Part shown: piece after piece, positions 42,163-51,439 of the stretch
Position numbering within the stretch: position 1 is the first letter of the stretch
Layout: each line of letters starts with the position of its first letter
DNA from: Sphingomonadaceae bacterium
GTDB taxonomy: Bacteria; Chloroflexota; UBA6077
Length of the DNA stretch: 64,000 bases
Assembly: GCA_050261575.1 (NCBI GenBank)
Contig: JBLNDL010000005.1
Location: 62,001-126,000 of the forward strand
Reading direction: 5' to 3'
Translations under genes and position numbers: made by a program
The notes under the pieces: generated by a model
Database searches by the model: none
Seen by the model: the letters and a program-made list of their open reading frames with translations, nothing else
Told to the model about the DNA's origin: nothing

Positions 42163-42459
42163 GTGGGTTTAGGGGAGGAGCTCTCGGCCTACACGGCGAC
42201 CTGGCTCGCTGCTCACTTCGCCTACGGTACGGCATGGGGTGTGATCTACGCCTTGCTCCGGCCCCTCCTGTCAAGATCACCCGTGGCTGCCGGCATCCTG
42301 TTCGGCGGAGCGCTCTGGACCCTCAGCTATCTGGGGCTGATGCCGGCGCTGGGGTTGTATCCCCGCCCGAAGGAGGACCACCCTTCGCGGGTGGTGACGA
42401 TGATTGCCGCCCACGCCGTGTACGGGGTCGCCACGTCGGAGATCGAGCGCCGGGTCTGA
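42163..42459 (+). CDS. DUF1440-like membrane protein, possibly N-terminally truncated
   Basis: AHFAYGTAWG..Y, GILFGGALW..SYLGLMPALG, AHAVYG motifs; short, weak start. Confidence 0.5.
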   Translation: MGLGEELSAYTATWLAAHFAYGTAWGVIYALLRPLLSRSPVAAGILFGGALWTLSYLGLMPALGLYPRPKEDHPSRVVTMIAAHAVYGVATSEIERRV

Positions 42460-42511
42460 GCCGGAATGCACCCTGCTCTCTGATGACCCGCCAACTGATG
42501 CGAAGATGGTA

Positions 42512-43573
42512 TCAACGCAGGTAGTAAAGCACACCCAGTGTGCCCAGATAGGCCAGTAGCACCACCAGGGAATCGATGCCCATCCCCAGCACGACCCGGT
42601 TCCGCCGTTCGATCAGGCCTACCAGGTAGATTGAGGTGGTGACTATTCCGGCGGCGGCGGCGAAGAGGGCCGAGCGGCCAACGGCTTCGAGAACGTAGCC
42701 CGTGGGGTAGAACAGATCCGAGAGAAACAGCAGGGCCACCAGGAAGGCGTTGGTGCCGAAGATGTTGGACACGGCCATGCTGTAGGCGCCGAGCCGCACT
42801 GCGGAGATGGTGGTGCTCAACTCAGGCAGCGAACTGGCGAAAGCCAGCAGGGTCGCTCCCACGAATCCAGCTCCCAGGCCGCTCTGGACGGCCAGGGCAG
42901 CCCCGACCTCAGCCAGGATCACGCCGGCCAGGAAGATGGTGCCGCTGCTGATGGCGAAGAGGAGCGCGACTCGGGCCATGGACACACCCTCGCCACGACG
43001 TCGACCAGAGCTATCGGGGCGGCGCTCCATCTCCAGTTGCGGCGGCACCTGGACGGGGCGCCACTGCGCTCTCCCTTCGTATTGCCTCAGCGTGTAGAGT
43101 GAGAGAAGGTAGACTGCGACCAGCATCGTGGTCCAGAGTCCGGCGCCGGGAAGGCGAAGGATCTCGCCGGCGGCGATACCGGTGATGGCGAGGCTGAGGA
43201 GAAGGACAACCGCCGCGCCCTGCAGTAGCAGCACCGGTCGGGGGGCGAAGTAGGTGAGGGCCCTACCCGTCACCGTCAGGTCGGCCACCGCAAGGATGGT
43301 GGTCTGCAGGGTGACCCCACCGAAGAGACTGTTGACGGCGAGGACAGCGTCTCCGGCGACCGAGGCGGCGATCGTCCTGCCGACTTCGGGCAGCGAGGTA
43401 GCCACTGCCAGCAGCACCAGCCCAGTGAACGCCTCCCCCATGCCCGTACGATCGGCGATGATATCCGCATAGATCGCCAGACGGGAGCCGGCCAGCCAGA
43501 TCACGGCGGCGGCGGCGAGGAAGAGGGCGATGTTCTGCTCCAGGGAGAGCTGGCCGAAGTCGCCAAGGGGCAA
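42512..43573 (-). CDS. Sodium:calcium antiporter (CaCA/YrbG family)
   Basis: Two alpha repeats LAVATSLPE and LAFASSLPE..SNIFGTN. Confidence 0.9.
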   Translation of the reverse strand: MPLGDFGQLSLEQNIALFLAAAAVIWLAGSRLAIYADIIADRTGMGEAFTGLVLLAVATSLPEVGRTIAASVAGDAVLAVNSLFGGVTLQTTILAVADLTVTGRALTYFAPRPVLLLQGAAVVLLLSLAITGIAAGEILRLPGAGLWTTMLVAVYLLSLYTLRQYEGRAQWRPVQVPPQLEMERRPDSSGRRRGEGVSMARVALLFAISSGTIFLAGVILAEVGAALAVQSGLGAGFVGATLLAFASSLPELSTTISAVRLGAYSMAVSNIFGTNAFLVALLFLSDLFYPTGYVLEAVGRSALFAAAAGIVTTSIYLVGLIERRNRVVLGMGIDSLVVLLAYLGTLGVLYYLR

Positions 43574-44084
43574 GACGCTTCTCCCTTAATCAATTCCGCG
43601 ACGCGGTCAATCCAGAGGCGTAGATCGCCGCGAAGGCGGCGAAGAAGAGCCCGGCCAGAACGGTGGCGGCAAAGACTGGCCACGATTCCGCTCGGACACC
43701 TCCATCCCTGCGCCGGCCGACCGCACTCGGCGCCGAGCCGCCCACCTGGAGCGACAAAGGCCGGGGTGCGGTCGGCGCTATCGCAGATGCCATGCCGCCG
43801 CCCTGGTTCGGCGAAGCGCCAACCAATGTGGTGGAGTGGTACCGGGTGTGTTCTTCATTCCTGGCCCTCCGGTGCTGCACAACCTGGAGCCCCAACTGCT
43901 GATCGGCCTCCGGATCCCCAGGCTCGGCCTCCCGGGCCGAAAAGGGCTGTATCCGGCCCCGTGTCGGGGCTCGTTCCCGGGCCCGTACAGCCAGGCGATT
44001 TCTGGGCACGGTGCATGCTACTCCCTACACCCAGGCGACGGATCGCCCGTCCCCTGTTGTGAGTAGGGAAAGGAGCACAGTCTC

Positions 44085-44399
44085 ATGCCAGGAAGCATCG
44101 GCAAGCAGGATCTGATATCGAGAGTCGCTCAAAACTCCGGCATCTCCAACAAGCAGGCCGAGAAGGTGATCAACTCTTTCATGGATACAATCACCCAGGC
44201 CATAGAGAAGGGGGAGGAGGTGCGCCTGACGGGCTTCGGAACCTTCAAGGTCGTCCAACGCGCTCCCCGTAAGGGTCGCCATCCTCGCACGGGCGAGGAG
44301 ATGCTGATCCCCGGCAGCGTGCGCCCCACCTTCACTCCAGGTAGTCGGCTGGTCGAGGCCGCCCGCAGGGGTGGGGGCGAGATGAGAAGGGCCGCCTAG
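44085..44399 (+). CDS. hup: HU-family DNA-binding protein
   Basis: KQDLI, VRLTGFGTF, RKGRHPRTGE, PTFTPG; AAGGAG SD. Confidence 0.92.
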   Translation: MPGSIGKQDLISRVAQNSGISNKQAEKVINSFMDTITQAIEKGEEVRLTGFGTFKVVQRAPRKGRHPRTGEEMLIPGSVRPTFTPGSRLVEAARRGGGEMRRAA

Positions 44400-44713
44400 C
44401 CCTTCTTCTCGAATCTGAACCCGTTTCGGGGGCGTTGTAGGGGCACTCGATGGTGCCCGTACAAGGCCCCCGAAATCCATGTACCCCAGGGCTTCGCCCC
44501 CCGCCTGGCGGCGGGTATACTACAATCGCGGATCCGACTGCGTTACCGCGTCGTTCCCGAAGTGGGCAGGCGTGACGCTGCGCAAGCTCGCGTCACGTGT
44601 CCCCTGCAGCCGTGCGAGCCGGCAGAGCCGGCCGGCCACCACGCCTCCTCGAAGGGTGGTTCATGGCGGTTCCCGGTTCTGCCGCGGGAGAGTCTCTGCG
44701 TGGGGAGGCACCG

Positions 44714-45781
44714 ATGAAGGCTGTTCTATCGCGACGTATCCAGGAGTTGGCGTCCATCGACGGCGTGGCGGGGTTCGAGCAGAGGGTCGTGGCCTACATG
44801 GCGGAGGCATTCCAGGCCATGGGGGTGCCCACCGAGGTCGATCGCTTCGGGAACCTGATCGCCACGAAGAGGGGCTCGCGGGGCTCGCCCACGGTGATGG
44901 TCGCTGCCCACTCCGACGAGATCGGGGCCATCGTGAAGAGCATCGATCCGCGGGGCTTCCTTCGCTTCGAGAAGCTGGGGGGGACCCAGGACCTGCTGCT
45001 GCTGGGACGGCAGGTCTCCGTCAACGGGGTGTTCGGCGTTATCGGGGTCAAGGCCGGCCACCTGCAGAAGGCGGGCACCGAGTTGCCTCGCGCTGCTGAC
45101 ATGTACGTCGACGTGGGGGCCTCCAGCGCCGAGGAGGTGGCGGCCCTCGGCATCCACGTCGGCGACCCCATCGCATACCGCAGCGAGGTCCATCCCTTCT
45201 CCAACCCCGACCGCCTGTGCGGCAAGGCGATCGACAACCGGGTGGGGTGCGCCATGCTGCTGCAGCTCTTCGAGGAGTTGCAGGGGGTGGACCTTCCCGG
45301 AACCCTCTACGGGGTCGTCAACTCCCAGGAGGAGGTGGGCTGGCGGGGGATACAGCTAGCGGGGCGGCGCCTGCGGCCCGACTCCGCCCTGGTGGTGGAC
45401 ACCATCCCCTCGGGCGACACGCCGGACACCGACTTCCACCGGGAGCTGGCCATCGCCATCGGCGCCGGACCGGTGATCGCCCTGGTGAGCGGGGGGTTCC
45501 CAAACGGCTACATCATGACCCCCGCCATGAAGGATCTGCTGCTCCGGCTGGCCCGGGAGGAGGGAATCCCCCACCAGCCTGCCCTCTTCCCCGGCTCGGG
45601 TAGTGACGCCATCACCCTCCATATGGTGGGGGATGGGATCCCAACTGGCATAGTCAACATCCCGCGGCGCTATGCCCACTCCCCCGTCGAGGTGCTGGAC
45701 CTGAACGACGTGGTCCACGCTCAGCGGCTGCTGCGTCGGGCCACGATGGCCCTGGCTACGGAGCCTATGGGCTGGACCTAG
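44714..45781 (+). CDS. M42-family metallo-aminopeptidase
   Basis: DRFGNL, AAHSDEIG, GKAIDNR, QEEVG, RYAHSP. Confidence 0.92.
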   Translation: MKAVLSRRIQELASIDGVAGFEQRVVAYMAEAFQAMGVPTEVDRFGNLIATKRGSRGSPTVMVAAHSDEIGAIVKSIDPRGFLRFEKLGGTQDLLLLGRQVSVNGVFGVIGVKAGHLQKAGTELPRAADMYVDVGASSAEEVAALGIHVGDPIAYRSEVHPFSNPDRLCGKAIDNRVGCAMLLQLFEELQGVDLPGTLYGVVNSQEEVGWRGIQLAGRRLRPDSALVVDTIPSGDTPDTDFHRELAIAIGAGPVIALVSGGFPNGYIMTPAMKDLLLRLAREEGIPHQPALFPGSGSDAITLHMVGDGIPTGIVNIPRRYAHSPVEVLDLNDVVHAQRLLRRATMALATEPMGWT

Positions 45782-46027
45782 GCTGGCGCCTTCAGTTCGT
45801 GCACCCCTCGACAGCTCGGGTCCCAGCGCCCGAGCCGGAGGCGTCTCGGGCCTCGACCGGCACTTATCTAGATGGCTGTACTTGCCCTCCTTCTTCGGGT
45901 ACAATGGGGCCGTCTGGGAGCGAAGACGACTCCGACTCTGCCTCCGGCCTTTCCCCCGGTCGTTTCCACCCAGCATCCCCGATTCTCGCGGATGACCACT
46001 GTCAAACTGACGAAGGAGTAGTGGCGC

Positions 46028-47002
46028 ATGTTGGATCAGGCACGTTTGACTCAGGTGGCCGACAAACTGGTGGGGCAGGTGCTCGCCCTGAAACCTGGCG
46101 AGACCGTCTGCATAATCCGGGACAACGATCTACCCTCGGCCTCCCTGTCCGAGGCGGTGAGCGAGGCCGCGATTCGGGTGGGGGCCGAGCCGGTGTCAGT
46201 GATCATCGTTCCCCGATCCGTGGGGGGGCAGGAGCTTCCCGACACCGTGGCGGGAGCCTTCCTCCGATCCAACGCGGTCGTCAATCTGGCCAGGTGGGCC
46301 GTGGAGCACACCCGCGCGGCCACCGCAGCCCTCCAGGCCGGGGTGCGATTCAGCAACCTTCGCAACTGGGAGGACGGCGTGCTGGAGAGCCCCGGCGTGA
46401 CCACCGACTACGAGGTGGTCCGGCGCAACGCCCTGGCAGTGGACGCCCTGCTGGAGAAGGGGCGCGAGGTTCGCGTCACTTCCCCCGAGGGGACCGACTT
46501 CACACTGAAGCTGTGCGGCCGGCCAGGCAAGGCCCAGACGGGCTTCGCCGACGAGCCCGGCAGGTTCTCGGGGCTGCCCGACGGCGAGTCCACGGTTGCA
46601 CCGCTGGAGGGGTCCACCAACGGCCGGATAGTGAATCCCTACATCATGGAGAAGATCGGTCTGGTGACCGAGCCCTTCGAGTTGGAGATCAAGGACGGCT
46701 GGATCGTGGGCCTGAAGGGCGGCAAGCAGGCGAGGGACCTCCAGGAGTTTCTGGAGAAGTCGGATCCCAACGCCAAGCGGATCGCCTCCCAGTTCGCCAT
46801 GGGGATGAATCCGGACTGCCGCGTCTTCCCCAATACTCGGGAGGTTTCCAAGAAGCTCGGGACCATCCACGTGGCCATGGGGGACAACATTTCACTGGGC
46901 GGCACGGTCCAGAGCGGTGTCCACATCGACATCGTGGTGCTGAACGCGACGGTGACACTGGACGGCAAGGTGATCCTGGAGAAGGGTCAGCTTCACCTGT
47001 AG
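46028..47002 (+). CDS. M29-like thermophilic metalloprotease (aminopeptidase T)/NicX-like protein
   Basis: VTSPEGTD, LPDGE..AP, GMNP, GTIHVAMGDN..GG..HID. Confidence 0.75.
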   Translation: MLDQARLTQVADKLVGQVLALKPGETVCIIRDNDLPSASLSEAVSEAAIRVGAEPVSVIIVPRSVGGQELPDTVAGAFLRSNAVVNLARWAVEHTRAATAALQAGVRFSNLRNWEDGVLESPGVTTDYEVVRRNALAVDALLEKGREVRVTSPEGTDFTLKLCGRPGKAQTGFADEPGRFSGLPDGESTVAPLEGSTNGRIVNPYIMEKIGLVTEPFELEIKDGWIVGLKGGKQARDLQEFLEKSDPNAKRIASQFAMGMNPDCRVFPNTREVSKKLGTIHVAMGDNISLGGTVQSGVHIDIVVLNATVTLDGKVILEKGQLHL

Positions 47003-47030
47003 TAGGGGTGACCGGCTGGCGGCAAGACGG

Positions 47031-47079
47031 TGTAGGGCGGGCGTGACGCCGCGCACGCTCGCGTCACGCCCGCCCTACA
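47031..47079. repeat. GTAG-type REP-like palindrome (degenerate sibling at 44563-44607)
   Basis: TGTAGGGCGGGCGTGACGC...GCGTCACGCCCGCCCTACA. Confidence 0.7.
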
Positions 47080-47094
47080 CCTTGCTGCACGGCT

Positions 47095-47820
47095 TCAGTT
47101 GGAGACACCGGCCGCTCCTGCCAGAGACCCTTGCTCCGGTTGGTGCCGCTCGTCGCCTACGATCAGTCCGTCCTTGAGCCTCACCGTCCTCTGCGCGTAT
47201 CGGGTGTTGTCCGGGTTGTGAGTCACCACCAGCACCGTGAGCCCCTCTCGGTTCAGGGTGCGCAGCAGCTCCATCACCTCGGCCCCCGTCTCGCTGTCCA
47301 GGCAGCCCGTGGGCTCGTCGGCCAGGACGATAGGCGGCTCGTTCACCACCGCCCGGGCGATGGCCACCCTCTCCTGCTCCCCGCCGGAGAGCTGGCTGGG
47401 CAGCCGATGCAGCTTATCCGCCAGCCCCACCCGCTCCAGGGCCGCTAGTGCCATCTCCTCCTGATCCCTGTGTGGCCGGCGGCTGATGGCCATCGGCAGC
47501 ATGACGTTCTCCAGCGCCGTCAGGTAGGGCACCAGATGCTGCTGCTGGAATACGAACCCAAGGTACTCGTGGCGGAAGTCGGCCCGCCTCTCGGCCGGCA
47601 GGGCGTAGACGTCGATCCCGTCCATGAGGACTGTCCCCGAGGTCGGGGGGGTCATGGCGCCCAGTACGGTGAGCAGGGTGCTCTTCCCGCTGCCCGAGGG
47701 GCCCATGATCGCCACCATCTCGCCCTCGTCGATCTGGAGATCCACATCCCGCAGTGCCATCACCGGCAACCCCGCGCCGGTGTAGCATTTGCCCACCCGG
47801 TGCAACTCGATCAGAGCCAA
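47095..47820 (-). CDS. ABC ATPase (LolD/MacB-type)
   Basis: GPSGSGKST, LSGGEQERVAIARA, LADEPTG, VTH. Confidence 0.93.
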   Translation of the reverse strand: MALIELHRVGKCYTGAGLPVMALRDVDLQIDEGEMVAIMGPSGSGKSTLLTVLGAMTPPTSGTVLMDGIDVYALPAERRADFRHEYLGFVFQQQHLVPYLTALENVMLPMAISRRPHRDQEEMALAALERVGLADKLHRLPSQLSGGEQERVAIARAVVNEPPIVLADEPTGCLDSETGAEVMELLRTLNREGLTVLVVTHNPDNTRYAQRTVRLKDGLIVGDERHQPEQGSLAGAAGVSN

Positions 47821-47856
47821 TGTTTCCTCCTAAAGCTGATAGCTATCGGCTGTCAG

Positions 47857-49011
47857 CTATATGCTTCGTAGTGCCTCCGTTGGGTCCAGGGCCGAGGCCC
47901 GTAGGGCCGGGTAGAGGCTACCCGCCAGCCCCACCAGCAGCGCCAGCCCCACGGCATAGACCGCCAGCATCGGATCCCAGGTCACCGCCACCTCCAGCCT
48001 GGCCACCTGCTCCGCCACCAGGGAGCTGCCCAGGGTCCCGACGACCCACCCCAGCAGGCCGCTCAGCAGGCTGAGCAGCAGCGCCTCCATCAGGATGATC
48101 CGCGCCACGTGGCTCTTTCTGAAGCCCACCGCGCGGAAGACCCCGATCTCACGGGTGCGCTCGTTGACGCTGGACATCATGGTGGTAAGCACCACCAGTC
48201 CGCCGACCAGCAGCACCACGGCGGATACCGCCAGGGAGAAGTTGGTGAGCTGCTCCACGGTCTGCTCTCGGGATTTCATCGCCTGGGCCAGAGCCGTCAC
48301 CTTCGCCCGGGGTAGCCTGTCGCCGATCTGGGCCACGATCTCTTCGATCGGGCAGGTGGAGCAGAGGGCGCTCACCTCCACCAGGCTGATCTTGCCGGGC
48401 TTGCCTAGCAGGTCCTGGACGACGCCCAGGTCGGCGAAGATCAGGGCGTCCTCCTGGTTGCCGATCGGACTCAGCACCGCGGCGACGGTGAAAGGGCGGC
48501 CGAGGATCTGAAGGGTGCTGCCGGGGGCCGCCTTCAGCCGGTGGGCCACATCCTGGCCCAGGATGAGCTGGTCCGATCCTGCGGGTGGCTTGCCTTGTAA
48601 GCTCCACCATCGCTTCATCTTCAACTCTTCCGGGAAGACCACGCCCACCAGCAGCGCCCGGGTCTCCCCTACCTCCACGGCACCCAGCAGCTTGGGGGCG
48701 ACGGTGCTGATGTTCTCCGCGTTCTGGATGGTCCGGATGGCGGCCACCTCTTCCGAGGTCAGCTCCTGGGTTGCGTAGCTCACCCCCACCGCCACTCCAC
48801 CGTAGGAGAGGGAGAGGTCGTCGGAGCGGGGCACCACCAGGATGTTGGCGCCGTACTGGTCGATCTTCCGCTCGGTGTCGGCCTGCAGCGCCGCCGTGAT
48901 GGCAAGCATGCTCACCACCGTGGCGATCCCCACGGCGAGGCCCAGCACCAGCAGCAGGGCCTTGCCCCTGCGGCGGCGGAGGTTGTTCAGGGAGATGGTG
49001 CTCAGATGCAT
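47857..49011 (-). CDS. MacB/FtsX-type ABC permease with CxxC motif
   Basis: NLRRR..ALL, YGANILVVP, ALCSTCP, SVNERTREIGVFRAVG, LYPA..ASALDPTEAL. Confidence 0.9.
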   Translation of the reverse strand: MHLSTISLNNLRRRRGKALLLVLGLAVGIATVVSMLAITAALQADTERKIDQYGANILVVPRSDDLSLSYGGVAVGVSYATQELTSEEVAAIRTIQNAENISTVAPKLLGAVEVGETRALLVGVVFPEELKMKRWWSLQGKPPAGSDQLILGQDVAHRLKAAPGSTLQILGRPFTVAAVLSPIGNQEDALIFADLGVVQDLLGKPGKISLVEVSALCSTCPIEEIVAQIGDRLPRAKVTALAQAMKSREQTVEQLTNFSLAVSAVVLLVGGLVVLTTMMSSVNERTREIGVFRAVGFRKSHVARIILMEALLLSLLSGLLGWVVGTLGSSLVAEQVARLEVAVTWDPMLAVYAVGLALLVGLAGSLYPALRASALDPTEALRSI

Positions 49012-49013
49012 GG

Positions 49014-49625
49014 CTAGAAGGCCCTGGGCTTCCAGGTGGACACCTTCTCCTCGTCCACCACGACCTTGCCGTCCACGACGCTACTGGGCAGCACCTCGGG
49101 CGGGTATGCCTGGCAGCCTCCGGAGATCCCCTTGGAGTTCTCCAGTTCCCAGCGGGAGCCGCAGGCGTTGCACACCAACTGGGTGCCCTCCACACGGAAG
49201 CTGGTGGAGTTGCACGGCTCGCACATGCGCGATGCCACCTTCACGGCCCCGGAGGGGGTGGTGTAAGCCAGCAGCGGCGTGGTGATGTTGCCCTTCTTGT
49301 AGTCCCAGGCCACCAGCTTCTTGGAGGTCACCTCCTGTACCGAGATCGACACCTTCCCGCCCTCCGTGGCCGCGGTGGAGGCCGGTTGCTGCTGCAGCGC
49401 CGCGGCCGAGGGCCCGGCAGTGCCGGTGTTCTGGAAGGTCATCAGGCCGACGAAGACGACGACGAGGCCGATGACCCCGGCTGTCAGGTAGAAGCGGGGC
49501 CCCAGAGGGCGTGGCCCTCTCCGCTCCTCGGCGAAGCGCCGCCGCTTCGCCTCCCACCGATCGGACCGGTCCCAGCCTGCTGCCGGGCCCTCGTAGTCGC
49601 CTGCTCTAACCTTGCGCTTGGACAT
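49014..49625 (-). CDS. DUF2318-type membrane-anchored Cys-rich (putative Fe-S/metal-binding) protein
   Basis: One TM; CEPC...LVCNACG...GGCQAYPP. Confidence 0.8.
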   Translation of the reverse strand: MSKRKVRAGDYEGPAAGWDRSDRWEAKRRRFAEERRGPRPLGPRFYLTAGVIGLVVVFVGLMTFQNTGTAGPSAAALQQQPASTAATEGGKVSISVQEVTSKKLVAWDYKKGNITTPLLAYTTPSGAVKVASRMCEPCNSTSFRVEGTQLVCNACGSRWELENSKGISGGCQAYPPEVLPSSVVDGKVVVDEEKVSTWKPRAF

Positions 49626-49786
49626 GGTCGGCTCCTTTCATCCCTCTCGGGGCATGGTGCTGTGATTCTGGGTGTATAGACCGTCAAGAACGGCTGCCAT
49701 GATCCGTGCAGGGGCAGGCCTGTGCGTCCGCCCCGGTGCAGGAGAGGTCACGTGGGCGGACAGGCAGATCCGCCCCTGCCGGTGTC

Positions 49787-49821
49787 GCCCATTAGTCTTA
49801 CACTGTGTAAGACTAATGGGC
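49787..49821. promoter_or_regulatory. Perfect 17-1-17 palindrome; putative BlaI/CopY operator
   Basis: GCCCATTAGTCTTACAC-T-GTGTAAGACTAATGGGC; core matches 51304-51320. Confidence 0.7.
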
Positions 49822-49837
49822 ACAAGAAGCGGGCTCC

Positions 49838-50800
49838 CTAGGGCGCCTCTACGGTGCCGCCCGGCAGGTCGCAGACGCTGCCGGAGCCGCAGCAGCTCCC
49901 CCCGACGGGCTGGGAGCGCTCCGCGGCGTAGCCGGAGCCCACCGTAGCGAACAGTATCGCCGCCGCGACACCGAGGCTCAGGGCGGCGCTCCACCGCCCG
50001 AGTGGCGCCAGCCTCACGGTGGGACGGGACAGGTGCCGGATCCGCTCCCCTATCATGTCGAAGGGGCCCACGGCCGCCGCCGCCAGATCCGCCACTGGGC
50101 GCCGGCTTGCGCTCCTATAGATCTTCAGGATCGCCCCTGCTAGGGGGCGGGGCGACAGCCGATCCGCCACCTCGGCGTCGGCCGAAAGCTCCTTGGCCAG
50201 CAGGTAGCGGTCCCGGAGCTGCGCCGCTGCCGGCAGCAGGAAGAGTGCCCCGGCGACGCTGCGGCTGAGGAGCACCTTCAGCGGATCAAGCTGGCGCAGG
50301 TGGACGGACTCGTGGAGCAGCACCGCCCGCAGCTCTCGGTGGGTGAGGGTTCGAGCCATTCCGGAGCTGACGCAGATGCGGGGCGAGAGAAAGCCGTAGC
50401 AGAAGGCGTAGGGAGCGGGGTCCAGCACGTAGGTCAGCCGGCCCCGTATGCCCAACTCACTGGCCAGCCGGGCCAGTCCAGGCGGCACTCGCCCCACGCG
50501 AGACTCCACCTGTCGTATCAGCCTGAAGGTCGACCTCAACTGCTCGATCAGCACTGCCGTCCCCGCCGCCAGACCGCTCGCGACTGTCGCCACCGTCAGG
50601 CCGGCCCCCGCTCGGGCGATCTGCATCAGCATCGGATCGCTGGCGCACGCCTGGAGGCAGGCGGAGGCGAGGGGGATCAGCACCCGCTGGCAGAGGAGGA
50701 AGGCGGCGATCAGCCCGAACCCTCCCAGTGCCAACCCAAGCAGGAGGACCGCCTCGAAGGGTCGGGTGTCCCGGCGGGAAGGAGCGTCCGGAGTCCTCAT
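49838..50800 (-). CDS. M56-family (BlaR1-like) membrane metallopeptidase
   Basis: AFCYGFLSPRI, ELRAVLLHESVH..DP, ELSAD; start overlaps the blaI-like stop. Confidence 0.88.
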   Translation of the reverse strand: MRTPDAPSRRDTRPFEAVLLLGLALGGFGLIAAFLLCQRVLIPLASACLQACASDPMLMQIARAGAGLTVATVASGLAAGTAVLIEQLRSTFRLIRQVESRVGRVPPGLARLASELGIRGRLTYVLDPAPYAFCYGFLSPRICVSSGMARTLTHRELRAVLLHESVHLRQLDPLKVLLSRSVAGALFLLPAAAQLRDRYLLAKELSADAEVADRLSPRPLAGAILKIYRSASRRPVADLAAAAVGPFDMIGERIRHLSRPTVRLAPLGRWSAALSLGVAAAILFATVGSGYAAERSQPVGGSCCGSGSVCDLPGGTVEAP

Positions 50801-51261
50801 CCTTTCCCACCTCGCCGCTGCCCCACCTTGTCGTGGATCAACTCCTCGAGCATTGCCAGCTCCTCCGGCGCCAGCTCGTGGACCACGTCGACGAACTGGG
50901 CGATAGCGGCGCTCCCGAAATCCCGCACGAGGCCGGCGGCGACCGAGCGAGAGACGCGGCCCAAGAATGCCTGGCGGCTCTCGACCGCGGAGTAGAGGTA
51001 GGCCTTGCAGACTCGCCGTCGGGAGAGGAGCCGCTTCTCCACCAGCCGGTTCATGACCGTCATGACGGTCTTGTAGTTGTGCCCGGGCCCGAGGGCGTCG
51101 CAGACCTCCTGGACGGATGCCTCCTCCAGCCTCCAGACGGCCTCCATGACGGAGGCCTCCAGCTCGCCCAGCACCCGCTCCAGGCCGGACTCCTCCAGCC
51201 TGAAGGCTCGGACGGCGCCCTCGCGAGCCTTGTCCCCTTTGCCCGTTCCCCCCTCGGCCAT
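50797..51261 (-). CDS. BlaI/MecI/CopY-family repressor
   Basis: LGELEASVMEAVW, YKTVMTVMNRLVEK, AYLY. Confidence 0.92.
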   Translation of the reverse strand: MAEGGTGKGDKAREGAVRAFRLEESGLERVLGELEASVMEAVWRLEEASVQEVCDALGPGHNYKTVMTVMNRLVEKRLLSRRRVCKAYLYSAVESRQAFLGRVSRSVAAGLVRDFGSAAIAQFVDVVHELAPEELAMLEELIHDKVGQRRGGKG

Positions 51262-51303
51262 CGCCCTCCCCTGCGTGAACGGTTTGCCTGGCTAAGCTCC
51301 GAG

Positions 51304-51340
51304 TCTTACGCATTGTAAGAAGAAGGCCCTCGGGCGTCAA
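51304..51340 (-). promoter_or_regulatory. Promoter of the blaI-like gene with operator over the -10
   Basis: TTGACG-N17-TACAAT; TCTTAC-GCATT-GTAAGA at 51304-51320. Confidence 0.75.
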
Positions 51341-51377
51341 TAGGGAGTTCGAAGCGAAGTGGAGCGGCGAGAGCAAA

Positions 51378-51411
51378 GAGTGGAGCCCCGGCGAACACCG
51401 GGGCTCCACTC
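51378..51411 (-). terminator. Intrinsic terminator after tctC
   Basis: GAGTGGAGCCCCGG-N6-CCGGGGCTCCACTC followed by TTT on the minus strand. Confidence 0.7.
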
Positions 51412-51439
51412 GCTTTCGGACCTAGCAGCCGGGGATGGG

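Noticed and set aside
43590..43793. Short hydrophobic-tailed ORF upstream of the Na/Ca antiporter
   Set aside because: No recognisable family; could be real but unsupported
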